A stretch of 64,000 nt of DNA from Eledone cirrhosa (lineage: Eukaryota): contig OZ024743.1 of assembly GCA_964016885.1 (NCBI GenBank), forward strand, positions 44,888,001 to 44,952,000, given 5' to 3'. The first letter of the stretch is position 1; every line of letters begins with the position of its first letter. A program made the translations under genes and the position numbers. Under the pieces are notes generated by a model, which saw only the letters and a list, made by a program, of their open reading frames with translations, had not been told where the DNA came from and made no database searches. Shown in pieces: positions 54,133-64,000 of this stretch.

Positions 54133-54769
54133 GGCTCAAATATTCAAATATTCAACTTTGTATTGTACACTGTATATCCAAAAAAAAATGGCTATAAATG
54201 GAAGAAGAAGAACCCCCCCCTCCTCTCCTCTGGCTACACTATATAGGACAGCTAAACTCACCAACACCAGAAACTAGATACACCACCCACCCCATCATCT
54301 GTGTACACTAAGCACAACAGCATTTTCACCTTCACCGCCACCGCTCACTACGGCCATCATTACCACCACTATCCCATCACCGCCGCCACCACCCCTTGAC
54401 TCCTTCACTGCTGCTGCCACCGCTACAGCACCATCACTACAGTAATACGGCTCAAATATTCAAATATTCAACTTTGTATTGTACACTGTATATCCAAAAA
54501 AAATAAAATGGCTATAAATGGAAGAAGAAGAACCCCCCCTCCTCTCCTCTGGCTACACTATATAGGACAGCGAAACTCACCAACACCAGAAACTAGATAC
54601 ACCACCCACCCCATCATCTGTGTACACTAAACACAACAGCATTTTCACCTTCACCGCCACCGCTCACTACGGCCATCATTACCACCACTATCCCATCACC
54701 GCCGCCACCACCCCTTGACTCCTTCACTGCTGCTGCCACCGCTACAGCACCATCACTACAGTAATACGG
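54133..54769. repeat. ~318-bp tandem duplication
   Basis: Units start with ggctcaaatattc at 54133 and 54449 and are near identical. Confidence 0.9.
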
Positions 54770-55164
54770 TCGCATCACCGCCACCACTGCCTCGGTATCG
54801 ACATCACCACCACCACTGTCTCAGTATCGCCAACGCCGCCAGTCTCTGCTGGCTGCCACTTCCACATTATAGAATTCCTACTACTAACAAAGAGGAAGGC
54901 ATCAAAATATATAGATAGACTCAAAAGAAAAAAGAAAAAACAAACAACAAAAGCAGCACAGCAACAACAGCAAAAAACGAGAAAAACAAACAGAGAAAAA
55001 CAAAAACAAAAAAAGACACCCCAAAAACGTAAAGAAAATAAGAATGAAGAGAGAAGCAGGCGGACGGACAGAGAAGAGGGGGGAAAAAGTAAAACTTAAA
55101 AAACAAAAACTAAGTCAGACATTCGAATACTACATTACAATGAAACTTATGCTTATTCATTTTT

Positions 55165-58100
55165 GGGGCCCTTTCTGCCCGTGTGTTTGTTTGTTTATGT
55201 GTGTCCGTATACAGCGTGGTGATAATGCCACACAAGGGCCAAGTGGGATGGCGGATCCACAGATGGCTATGTAAACATACATTCGCCAATCCTCGATAAG
55301 AGTGTTTAAATATCGAACATAAACAGTTCGAATAACGGTGAAATGGAGACTAGAACGTCATGTGACAGACTCTCACCCAACAGGTGCCCCCTGGCTCAGC
55401 AGCAGGAACCTGACTGTCAACCAAATACTGCTGATGTTGGAGGAAGAAGAAGAAGGAAAGGGGCCAGAACCAACTGGACGAAAGAATTGAATAGAACTGT
55501 TATGCAATGCTACCTGAAAAGTAACCCCAAGGAGAGGGGCTACAGGAGACGGATGCATAACATCTGGAACAAGATTGGTTTATTTAAATTAGATGAACAA
55601 AAATTGGCCGGGCAGGCTCGGGTAATAAGAACTAATGGGTGGATAAGCGAGCTGGAACTGGAGGAACTGAGCAGAGAGAATGGCTTGGAGATGGCGGGTG
55701 TAGTATGCCAGACAAGCGAGCCGGCGGGAAATGAAGGTGAGGAGGTCCTGAGAACGGAGGAACCACCCGAAGCAGACAATGATCTGAATACTGAGATAAA
55801 TAATACCTGGAACAGAGATACGGCCACTGAGGAGATGAATGCTGACGGGTTAGGACAAGATTCGGTTGACATCCTAAATTTAGTGGTAGATGAGTTGAAC
55901 AATGATAGTGGGAGACCTATGAACCTAAGATTTGTAGACAGGAAAAAGTTAAAAGAAACAACAGCTAAGGTAAACAAAGTCATCCCATACCTTGAGGCGA
56001 GGAGTCTTCACCAGTGCAACAATATCCTCAAAGCAACAGCAAATACGGTGAGGAAACTACTTGGTATAAGAGCGAGAGAAAACAACAGACAAGAAAGAGC
56101 AGAGCCGTGGTGGAAGAAGCGACTGAGTGGGCAAATCGAGGAAATGAGAAATGACATAGGAAAGCTTGAGTCACTACTGAATGGGACACTAAAAAACATA
56201 GGCACTAAAAATAGACTGGAAATAAAATACAAAACTAGGAGTAAAAAGCTAAATATTATCATAGAGGAATTGAAGCAACGCATTGTAGCAAAGAGTGCCA
56301 AAATCAGGCGATACGAGAACAGAGTCAGTCAGAATAAACAGAACCGCATGTTCGACAACAACCAGAAGATGCTGTTTGGACAGCTTGAGGGGAAAGAAAG
56401 AGGCAACAACTTGATCCCTGGGGCGGAACAAGCTAAAACATTCTGGAGAGGAATATGGGAGCAGGATGTTAGACACAATGCCCAGGCAGGGTGGATTGAG
56501 ACAGTACAGAGGGAGATCGGTGAGCAGGCACAGCAACAGACTGATTTGAGTATCACAGTTGAAACTCTTAAGGGGCAAGCCAAAAAACTAACCAACTGGA
56601 AATCACCAGGCCCAGATGGTGTGCAGGGGTATTGGATTAAACATTTAACATCCCTCCACCCGAAGCTGACGGCCATGTTCAATGACTGCTTGGTGTCGGG
56701 TGAGGTGCCAGAGTGGTTGACAAAAGGTACCACAGTTCTGATAATGAAAGACCGAATCAAGGGTAATGATGTTACCAACTATAGACCTATCACATGTCTG
56801 CCCGTAATGGGGAAACTGTTGACGAGCATTGTGTCTGAGGAAATCTACCATCACCTCCACACAAACAACTTGTTGCCGGACGAACAGAAAGGATGCCGAA
56901 AGAAGTCACGTGGTACAAAGGACCAGTTGCTTATTGATAAGATGGTAATGGGGAATTGCAGGAGGAGACACACTGATCTTGCCATGGGATGGATAGACTA
57001 CAGAAAGGCATTTGACATGGTGCCTCATTCCTGGATCACCAAAAGCCTGGAGATCTTCAGGGTGGCAGATAACATCAGACAGTTGCTGGGCAGGAGTATG
57101 GGGTCCTGGGAGACAGAGTTGACATCAACTGGAGTATCCTTGGGAAGCGTGAAGATCAAGAGATGTATCTTCCAGGGAGTTAGCCTGTCCCCTCTGTTGT
57201 TTGCCCTTGCCCTGATGCCCTTGACCATTATGCTGCGAAAAGTGAGAGCAGGATACAAGTTGGGAAGGGGAGAGCTTACCATCAATCACCTCCTCTTCAT
57301 GGACGATCTTAAGCTCTTCGGGAAAAGTGAGAAGGAGTTGGATGTGCTTGTTGACACTGTCCGTATTTTCAGCAGTGATATATGTATGCAGTTTGGTATT
57401 GGTAAATGTGGAGTCATTGTGATGAGGAGGGGTAGGTTGAGCAGAAGTAACGGGATCCAGATACCAACAGGTGAGATGATAAAGGAAATTGACTCTGAGG
57501 AAGGATACAAGTATTTGGGCGTTCTGGAGGCTGATGGCATAAAGAACAAAAAAATGAAGGAATTGTTAAGAACTGAATACATTCGGAGAGTAAGGAGCGT
57601 ATTGAAGTCACATCTGAACAGCAGAAATGCCATAAGCGCAGTAAATTCCCGAGCTGTGTCTATTATTAGGTACAGTGCGGGAATTCTGAGATGGAATGTT
57701 GCTGAACAAAAAGAAATGGATAGGAAGACTAGGAAGCTATTGACTATCTACAACATGTTCCACAAGAGGAGTGATGTCGATAGACTCTACCTAAGGAGAT
57801 CTGAGGGTGGAAGAGGTCTTATCAGCATAGAGGACTGTGTTCAGATGGAGAAAAACAACCTATACAAATACGTGACCTATAGTAAGGAGCCAATGCTCAG
57901 AGCTGTACTGAAGGAGGGGACAGTAGGCCAGGGGATATCCAAGGAAGAAATAACATCAAGGAGGAAGAGCAGCCTTAAGGGAAAATCCCTTCATAGTACC
58001 TTCTTTGAGAAAACTGAATTTAGAGATCCACAGACATGGAACTGGTTGAGAAGAGGAGACCTCAAAAAGGCTACAGAAGGAATGCTAATGGCTGCGCAGG

Positions 58101-58810
58101 AGCAGGCCCTCAAAACGAAGTGGTTGAAGCACCATATCTACAAGGAGGAGGCTAGCCCACTGTGCAGGATCTGTGGAGAGAGAGAGGAGACTGTGGCTCA
58201 CATTGTGTCCGAGTGTAAACACCTAGCCCAGACCCACTATAAGGGCTGGAGACACGATGTGATGGGCAGGGTGATCCACTGGCACCTGTGCAAAGTAAAC
58301 AATCTACCACATTCTGAGAAATGGTATGAGCATAGGCCAGAGGCGGTGATGGAGAACAGTCAGGTGAAGGTGCTGTGGGATTTTAGGATACAGACGGACA
58401 AAAAACTGGAACACAATAGACCTGACCTGGTGGTTGTGGACAAAGAAAAAAGATCGTGCCTGATTGTGGATGTGGCCTGCCCGTTCGACACGAGAGTGCA
58501 AGAGAAGGAGAGGGAGAAAATTAACCGATACCAGGACCTAAAGTGGGAGGTGAAAAGGATTTGGAACTGCCATGAAGTCAAAGTGATCCCGATTGTCATA
58601 GGCGCACTGGGGACTATCTCCAAAGGTTTCCAGGATGGTTAAAGAAAATCGGCCCCTTCACGCTTTTTGGAACGCTTCAAAAGGCATGCTTGCTTGGAAC
58701 GGCAAGAACCCTCCGATACGTCCTGAATATCTGAGGCTGCAGGTAGTGGCTTGATATTCAATCCAACGGACTTTCCAGTTAACCAACATCAATGACTGAG
58801 ATTCAAGGAA
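55165..58810 (+). mobile_element. Near full-length R4/Dong-clade non-LTR retrotransposon
   Basis: Single ORF with RT and RLE domains, followed by a (TAA)n tail. The 5' boundary is inferred. Confidence 0.9.
55343..58642 (+). CDS. RT plus restriction-like endonuclease polyprotein (1099 aa, terminal frameshift)
   Basis: KSPGPDG, NYRPITCL, WIDYRKAFDMVPHSW, HLLFMDDLKLF, CRICGEREETVAHIVSEC, RHD and RPDLVVVDK...DVACPFD...KINRY. A 1-bp deletion near 58635 truncates the LQKACLLGTAR end. Confidence 0.92.
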   Translation: METRTSCDRLSPNRCPLAQQQEPDCQPNTADVGGRRRRKGARTNWTKELNRTVMQCYLKSNPKERGYRRRMHNIWNKIGLFKLDEQKLAGQARVIRTNGWISELELEELSRENGLEMAGVVCQTSEPAGNEGEEVLRTEEPPEADNDLNTEINNTWNRDTATEEMNADGLGQDSVDILNLVVDELNNDSGRPMNLRFVDRKKLKETTAKVNKVIPYLEARSLHQCNNILKATANTVRKLLGIRARENNRQERAEPWWKKRLSGQIEEMRNDIGKLESLLNGTLKNIGTKNRLEIKYKTRSKKLNIIIEELKQRIVAKSAKIRRYENRVSQNKQNRMFDNNQKMLFGQLEGKERGNNLIPGAEQAKTFWRGIWEQDVRHNAQAGWIETVQREIGEQAQQQTDLSITVETLKGQAKKLTNWKSPGPDGVQGYWIKHLTSLHPKLTAMFNDCLVSGEVPEWLTKGTTVLIMKDRIKGNDVTNYRPITCLPVMGKLLTSIVSEEIYHHLHTNNLLPDEQKGCRKKSRGTKDQLLIDKMVMGNCRRRHTDLAMGWIDYRKAFDMVPHSWITKSLEIFRVADNIRQLLGRSMGSWETELTSTGVSLGSVKIKRCIFQGVSLSPLLFALALMPLTIMLRKVRAGYKLGRGELTINHLLFMDDLKLFGKSEKELDVLVDTVRIFSSDICMQFGIGKCGVIVMRRGRLSRSNGIQIPTGEMIKEIDSEEGYKYLGVLEADGIKNKKMKELLRTEYIRRVRSVLKSHLNSRNAISAVNSRAVSIIRYSAGILRWNVAEQKEMDRKTRKLLTIYNMFHKRSDVDRLYLRRSEGGRGLISIEDCVQMEKNNLYKYVTYSKEPMLRAVLKEGTVGQGISKEEITSRRKSSLKGKSLHSTFFEKTEFRDPQTWNWLRRGDLKKATEGMLMAAQEQALKTKWLKHHIYKEEASPLCRICGEREETVAHIVSECKHLAQTHYKGWRHDVMGRVIHWHLCKVNNLPHSEKWYEHRPEAVMENSQVKVLWDFRIQTDKKLEHNRPDLVVVDKEKRSCLIVDVACPFDTRVQEKEREKINRYQDLKWEVKRIWNCHEVKVIPIVIGALGTISKGFQDG

Positions 58811-58943
58811 TAACAATAACAATAATAATAATAATAATAGCAACAATAATAATAACGACAACAACAACAATAATAATATACATATACATATATATATACA
58901 CACACACGCACACACAAAAACATATCTATACACACACACACAC

Positions 58944-61900
58944 GATAGCAACTAACAGCGCTGCGATCGAATGTGGCTTTTTAGTCCAGCCAATGATCTA
59001 AAATGTCTTGCACAGAGTCGGCAACCAAAACATTCACTGCAAATAGCCGGCTGTGGTTGGAGTTCACGTACTTTTGCATGTCGCTTGAGCCCTCCTGCTG
59101 ATTTACATTCTCTACCACATGCTTGGCAAGCATGATGAGTAACATCTCCAACAGCAGCCTGGTAGTCAACCACTGGTCTTACTTTATGTCTGCGAAGATG
59201 ACTTTCGAGTCCAGCTTTGCTTAGGCAGAGTCTCGCACAGACGCTGCATGTCAGCACCATAGGAGGACCCTCGCCGTCTGGAAGTGCAACAGCAATGCCC
59301 TTCCCCACATCCCGCTTTACTTTCTCGTACGCGATTCGAGATGCCTCAAAGGCAACTTTTCCCTCATATACAGTCTTTCTCCATTTATTACGATCAGCAG
59401 CAATATTTTCCCATGTATCAGCAGAGATGTTAGCGTCTTTCAAAGAGGCTTTCAAGGAATCCTTATACCTCTTGTTTGGTTTATGTGGCGGTCGTTTTCC
59501 TTTAACTAACTCTCAATAAAAGAGTTGTTTTGGTATTCTAGAATCCTTCATCCTGGCAAGGTGACAACTCCAACGTAGTCGTTGCTTAAGCACAAGAGCT
59601 TCTATACTGTCACACATAGAGCTTTCCAAAATCTCGACATCACTGATGTGGTCCCTACAGTGAACGCCCTTGATCCGTCTGAGACACAACTGATGGAAAC
59701 ACTCCAATTGCTTAAGGTGGTGTCGATATGTGACCCAGGTCTCACAGGCATAAAGAAGACAAGAGAGCACACATGCCTTGTACACCTTTACCTTTGTCCT
59801 CCTGCATATGTCTCGCCGACCCCAGAGTCGCCTTTCTAGCTTTCCGAAAGCATCACTTGCTTTCCTAATCCTAAGTGAGATTTCACTATCAAGGTTGCTG
59901 TATCGATTGAAAGTGCTTCCCAGGTAGACAAAAAGATCAACCACTCCAAGTCGTTTACCATACACATGGATATTTGGTTTAGTGTACTGCTTACCAGGGG
60001 CAGGTTGGTACATGAAAACGGTTTTCATGAGACTGACAGTCAATCCTAGGGCAGTGCAAGCGTCAGAAAATGCATTCAAAATGTGCTGCATATCACTCTC
60101 TGTGTGCGCTACAAGATCGCAATCATCTGCATACAAGAGGTCTCTTATGATTGATGTACATACTTTTGTCTTTGCATCAAAGCGCCTGATGTTAAATATG
60201 CTGCCTGAGGTTCGATATCGGATGTAAACACCATGCTCGCAATTGCTGAATGCAATACAGAAAACCATTGCAAAGTATATGGCAAACAGGGTCGGTGCTG
60301 GAATATCCCCCTGTTTCACTCCATTTTTTACTGAGATAGACTCCGACATGTTACCTCCGACATTAACCCAAGCCTTCATGTCGTCATGGAAAGACCTAAC
60401 TAAAGTAAGGAACTTATAAGGGCAACCAAGTTTCTGGAGAACTTTCCATAATGCATCTCTGTTAACAGTATCGAAAGCTTTTGTCAGGTCGACAAAAACC
60501 TGATACAGATCCAAACCTTGTTCCATGCACTTCTCCTGGAGCTATCTAGCTGAGATCATATCAGTAGTGCCGCGTCCAGCACGAAAACCAGATTGACTTT
60601 CAGGAAGAACACAATCTGCAATGTGTGTCAGCTGACGGTCCAGAAGCACCCTACATAAAACTTTCCCTACGACGTTCCCACAATCATTGCTGTTACCCTT
60701 TCCCTTGTACAAGACCACCATTGCTCCATCTCTCCAGTCCTCAGATACGTATTCATTAGCCCATATCCTGCTAAACAGAGAGTGAAGATGTTGCAGGAGT
60801 CTCTCACCACCATATTGTAGGAGCTCAGCATGTATGCCATCCATACCTGGAGACCTTCCACTGTTCAGCTTCGAGATAGCCACTACAACCTCCACAAGCG
60901 CCGGAGGTTCTGCGAGAGCTACTTTCACAGTACTTTCTGGAATGAGATTGAGGAAATCTTCACTGACGACAGACGGCTGATTCAAAAGATCATCAAAGTG
61001 CTCTCGCCACCTTCGTAGAATTCCTTGTGAGTCACGAAAAAGTTATTTGCCATCCTTGCTGCGAAGCCGTGTCACCAGAGAAGAAGACGGTCCATAAACC
61101 TCACGCAAGAGACTGTACAACAGCTCTGTGTTATTGGAATCTGACGCAGTTTGTATCTCACCAGCCTTCTCACTCCACCACTGATCCTTCATCTGAGAAA
61201 GACTCTGTCTAACACGTGATTTTACATCCTTGAGTTCCTCATGCAACGTATTCCTCTCCTGTGGTTTTGCCGTCAAGTAGCGTGACAGAGCACGCCTCTT
61301 ATCAGCCAACATGTCTTCTATATGTACATCATTCTCATTAAATCAGTCCTGGTGTTTTCTCTGCACCAATCCCAGAACACGCCTGCCTACATCATAAACC
61401 GACTTTTTAAGGGTCGGACAACCTCACCAAGATCTGCAGCCTGCATCTCTTCTTCCAATGACCTCTTCACATTTTTATCCTTAAGACGAGCAGCATTCAA
61501 TCTTTTGGGCAGGGCAACACCAGGAGCCCGGATTTTACGATTAGTGATTAGTTTCACTTTTGCGCGTACCAGGCGGTGGTCCGTCCAGCACTCAGCTCCA
61601 CGAAGAGCACGGACACACTTCACATCCTGTCTGTCACGCATCCTGACTAGGACGTAGTCCAAAAGATGCCATTCCTTAGATGCAGGATGCATCCATGTGG
61701 TCTTGAATTTGTTCTTTTGTTGGAACATGGTGTTGGTAACACACAGATCCAGCTCCTCACACATCTGCAGCAGGAGCATACCATTGTTGTTACACTTTCT
61801 CCCCCCATGCCTTCCGATTACATTCCATGTGTTAAAATCCCTACCCACTCTAGCATTAAATCACCAAACACGATAACTTTGTCTGCCTGAGAGATATTTC

Positions 61901-62395
61901 TTAAAACACCTTTCAAGGCATGATAAAAGGACACTTTTTGTTCATCGACAGCATTCATAGTTGGAGCATACACACTCACCAGGGTCGCATATCTTCCTTT
62001 GTCCAGCGGAATTCTCATGGACATAAGACAGTCACTAATCCCTACTGGGAATTCTTCTGATTTATTCACAAGAACAGTCTTAACAGCAAATCCTACCCCA
62101 GCCTCTCTTCTGGTTCATTCATATCTTCCTTTCCAGAAGAATGTATATTCTCCACAAAATTCTGTAAGATGACCATCTCCAGCTAACCTCGTCTCAGATA
62201 AAGCCACGATGTCAAGATCGTAACGTCGAAGCTCCTTTGCAACAAGAGCGGTACTTCGTTCAGGACGCTCCAATGAATCCCTGTCAAGCAGCGTCCGTAC
62301 GTTCCAGCAGCCAAGACTAAATGCCTTGTTTGGCTCTATTACAATGGCACGATGACGAGCGGGCCCAGGCTGTGATAACCTGGGGCCCCTGCCCT
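58944..62395 (-). mobile_element. Near full-length, frameshifted RTE-clade LINE (APE + RT + C-terminal zinc fingers)
   Basis: GCWNVRTLLD...DIVALSETRL, SVYAPT, LLDYVLVR...TDHRLV, ESQSGFRAGRGT, FVDLTKAFDTVNR, GVKQG and LLYADDCDL spread over several broken ORFs, followed by a (TG)n tail. Confidence 0.92.
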
Positions 62396-62520
62396 TATTG
62401 CCAATTATCTTTTTTGTTCCAGAACCTAAATTGCCAATTATCTCTTTTATATTGTTCTGGAACATCATTGAATTTTGAAAAAAAAAAGTAATAATAATAG
62501 TAACAATAATAATAAAGGTA

Positions 62521-63750
62521 TTGATAAGATCTGAATACATTCGGAGAGTAAGGAGCATATTAAAGTCACATCTGAACAGTAGGAATGCCATAAGTGCAGT
62601 AAATTCCAGAGCTGTGTCTATTATTAGGTACAGTGCGGGAATTCTGAGATGGAATGTTGCTGAACAAAAAGAAATGGATAGGAAGACTAGGAAGCTATTG
62701 ACTATCTACAACATGTTACACAAGAGGAGTGATGTCGATAGACTCTACTTAAGGAGATCTGAAGGTGGGAGAGGTCTTATCAGCACAGAGGACTGTGTTC
62801 AGATGGAGAAAAAACAACCTGCACAAATACGTGACGGATAGTAAGGAGCCAAATCTCAGAATTGTACTGAAGGAGAAGACAATAGACCAAGGGATGTCCA
62901 AGGAGGAAATAACAACAAGGAGAAAGAGCAGCCTTCATGAAAAATCCCTTCATAGTACCTTCTTTGAGAAAACTGAATTCAGAGATCCACAGACATGGAA
63001 CTGGTTGAAAAGAGGAGACCTTAAAATGTCTACAGAAGGAATGTTCATGGCTGCGCAAGAGCAGGCCCTCAAAACGAAGTGGCTGAAACAGCATATTTAC
63101 AAGGAGGCTAGCCCACTGTGCAGGATCTGTGGAGAGAGAGAGGAGACTGTGGCTCGCATTGTATCCGAGTGTAAACACCTAGCCCATACTTACTATAAGG
63201 GCTGGAGACATGATGTGATGGGAAAGATGATCGACTGGCACCTATGCAAAGTAAACAATTTACCACATTCTGAGAAGTGGTATGAGCATAAGCCAGAGTC
63301 GATAATAGAAAACGATCAGGTGAAGGTGCTGTGGGATTTTAAGATACAGACGGACAAGAAACTGGAACACAATAGACCTGACCTGGTGGTTTTGGACAAG
63401 GAAAAAAGATCGTGCCTGATTGTGGATGTGGCCTGCCCATTCGACACGAGAGTGCAAGAGAAGGAGAGGGAGAAAATTAACCGATACCAGGACTTAAAGT
63501 GGGAGGTAAAAAGGATTTGGAACTGCCATGAAGTCAAAGCGGTCCCGATTGTCATAGGCGCACTAGGTACTAACTCAAAAAGTTTCCAGGGATGATTAAA
63601 GAAACGCTTGGAACGCTTCAAAAAGCATGCTTGCTGGGAACAGCAAGAACCCTCCGATACGTCCTGAATATCTGAAGCTGCAGGTAGTGGCTTGATATTG
63701 ATTTCAACAAACTTTTCAGTTAACTAACATCAATGACTGGGACTCAAAGA
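62521..63750 (+). mobile_element. 5'-truncated, more diverged R4/Dong-like copy
   Basis: ORFs 62521-62841 and 62765-63595 are homologous to the C-terminus of 55343-58642. TAA-rich flanks on both sides. Confidence 0.9.
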
Positions 63751-64000
63751 ACAATAATAATATTCAATACCATCACTACAGTACTACGATCACATCACCA
63801 CCACCACTGCCTCATTATCGCTACCGCCGCTATTCTCTCCCACTACCTCCTGCTAATACAGGCATCATAGTATTCCCACTAAATGAGGAAGGCATCAAAT
63901 GATATAAATAGACTGATTTGATGACCCGGTCAAAAAATCAAAAAATCAAAATTCAAAATCAAAATAGCACAGCAGCAACGAAAAACGTAAAGAAAGGAAA

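Noticed and set aside
62115-62591. 158-aa ORF as a single protein
   Set aside because: It is a chimera of antisense Dong sequence, junction DNA and the RTE endonuclease start.

Overview
AT-rich eukaryotic DNA made almost entirely of repeats. The dominant tRNA-derived SINE resembles octopus SINE families, so this is probably a cephalopod genome (inference). No host gene could be supported. The window holds about 20 SINE copies from at least 3 families and LINE relics of the Tx1/L1, CR1/L2, CRE and RTE clades. It also holds three R4/Dong-like RLE retrotransposons in (TAA)n, including a 1099-aa ORF, and Penelope-like (GIY-YIG) fragments, one of which forms a 2.4-kb palindrome. Many fold-back units sit inside (TA)n tracts. 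The main hidden signal is catalytic RNA: about 15 minimal type I hammerhead motifs from roughly 7 sequence families. These include a 428-bp tandem repeat with one hammerhead per unit and an ATGCAAAT octamer upstream of units 2 and 3 (retrozyme or newt-satellite-2-like). The Dong 5' UTR also has an HDV-like nested pseudoknot. All structures were paired by eye and none was computed.
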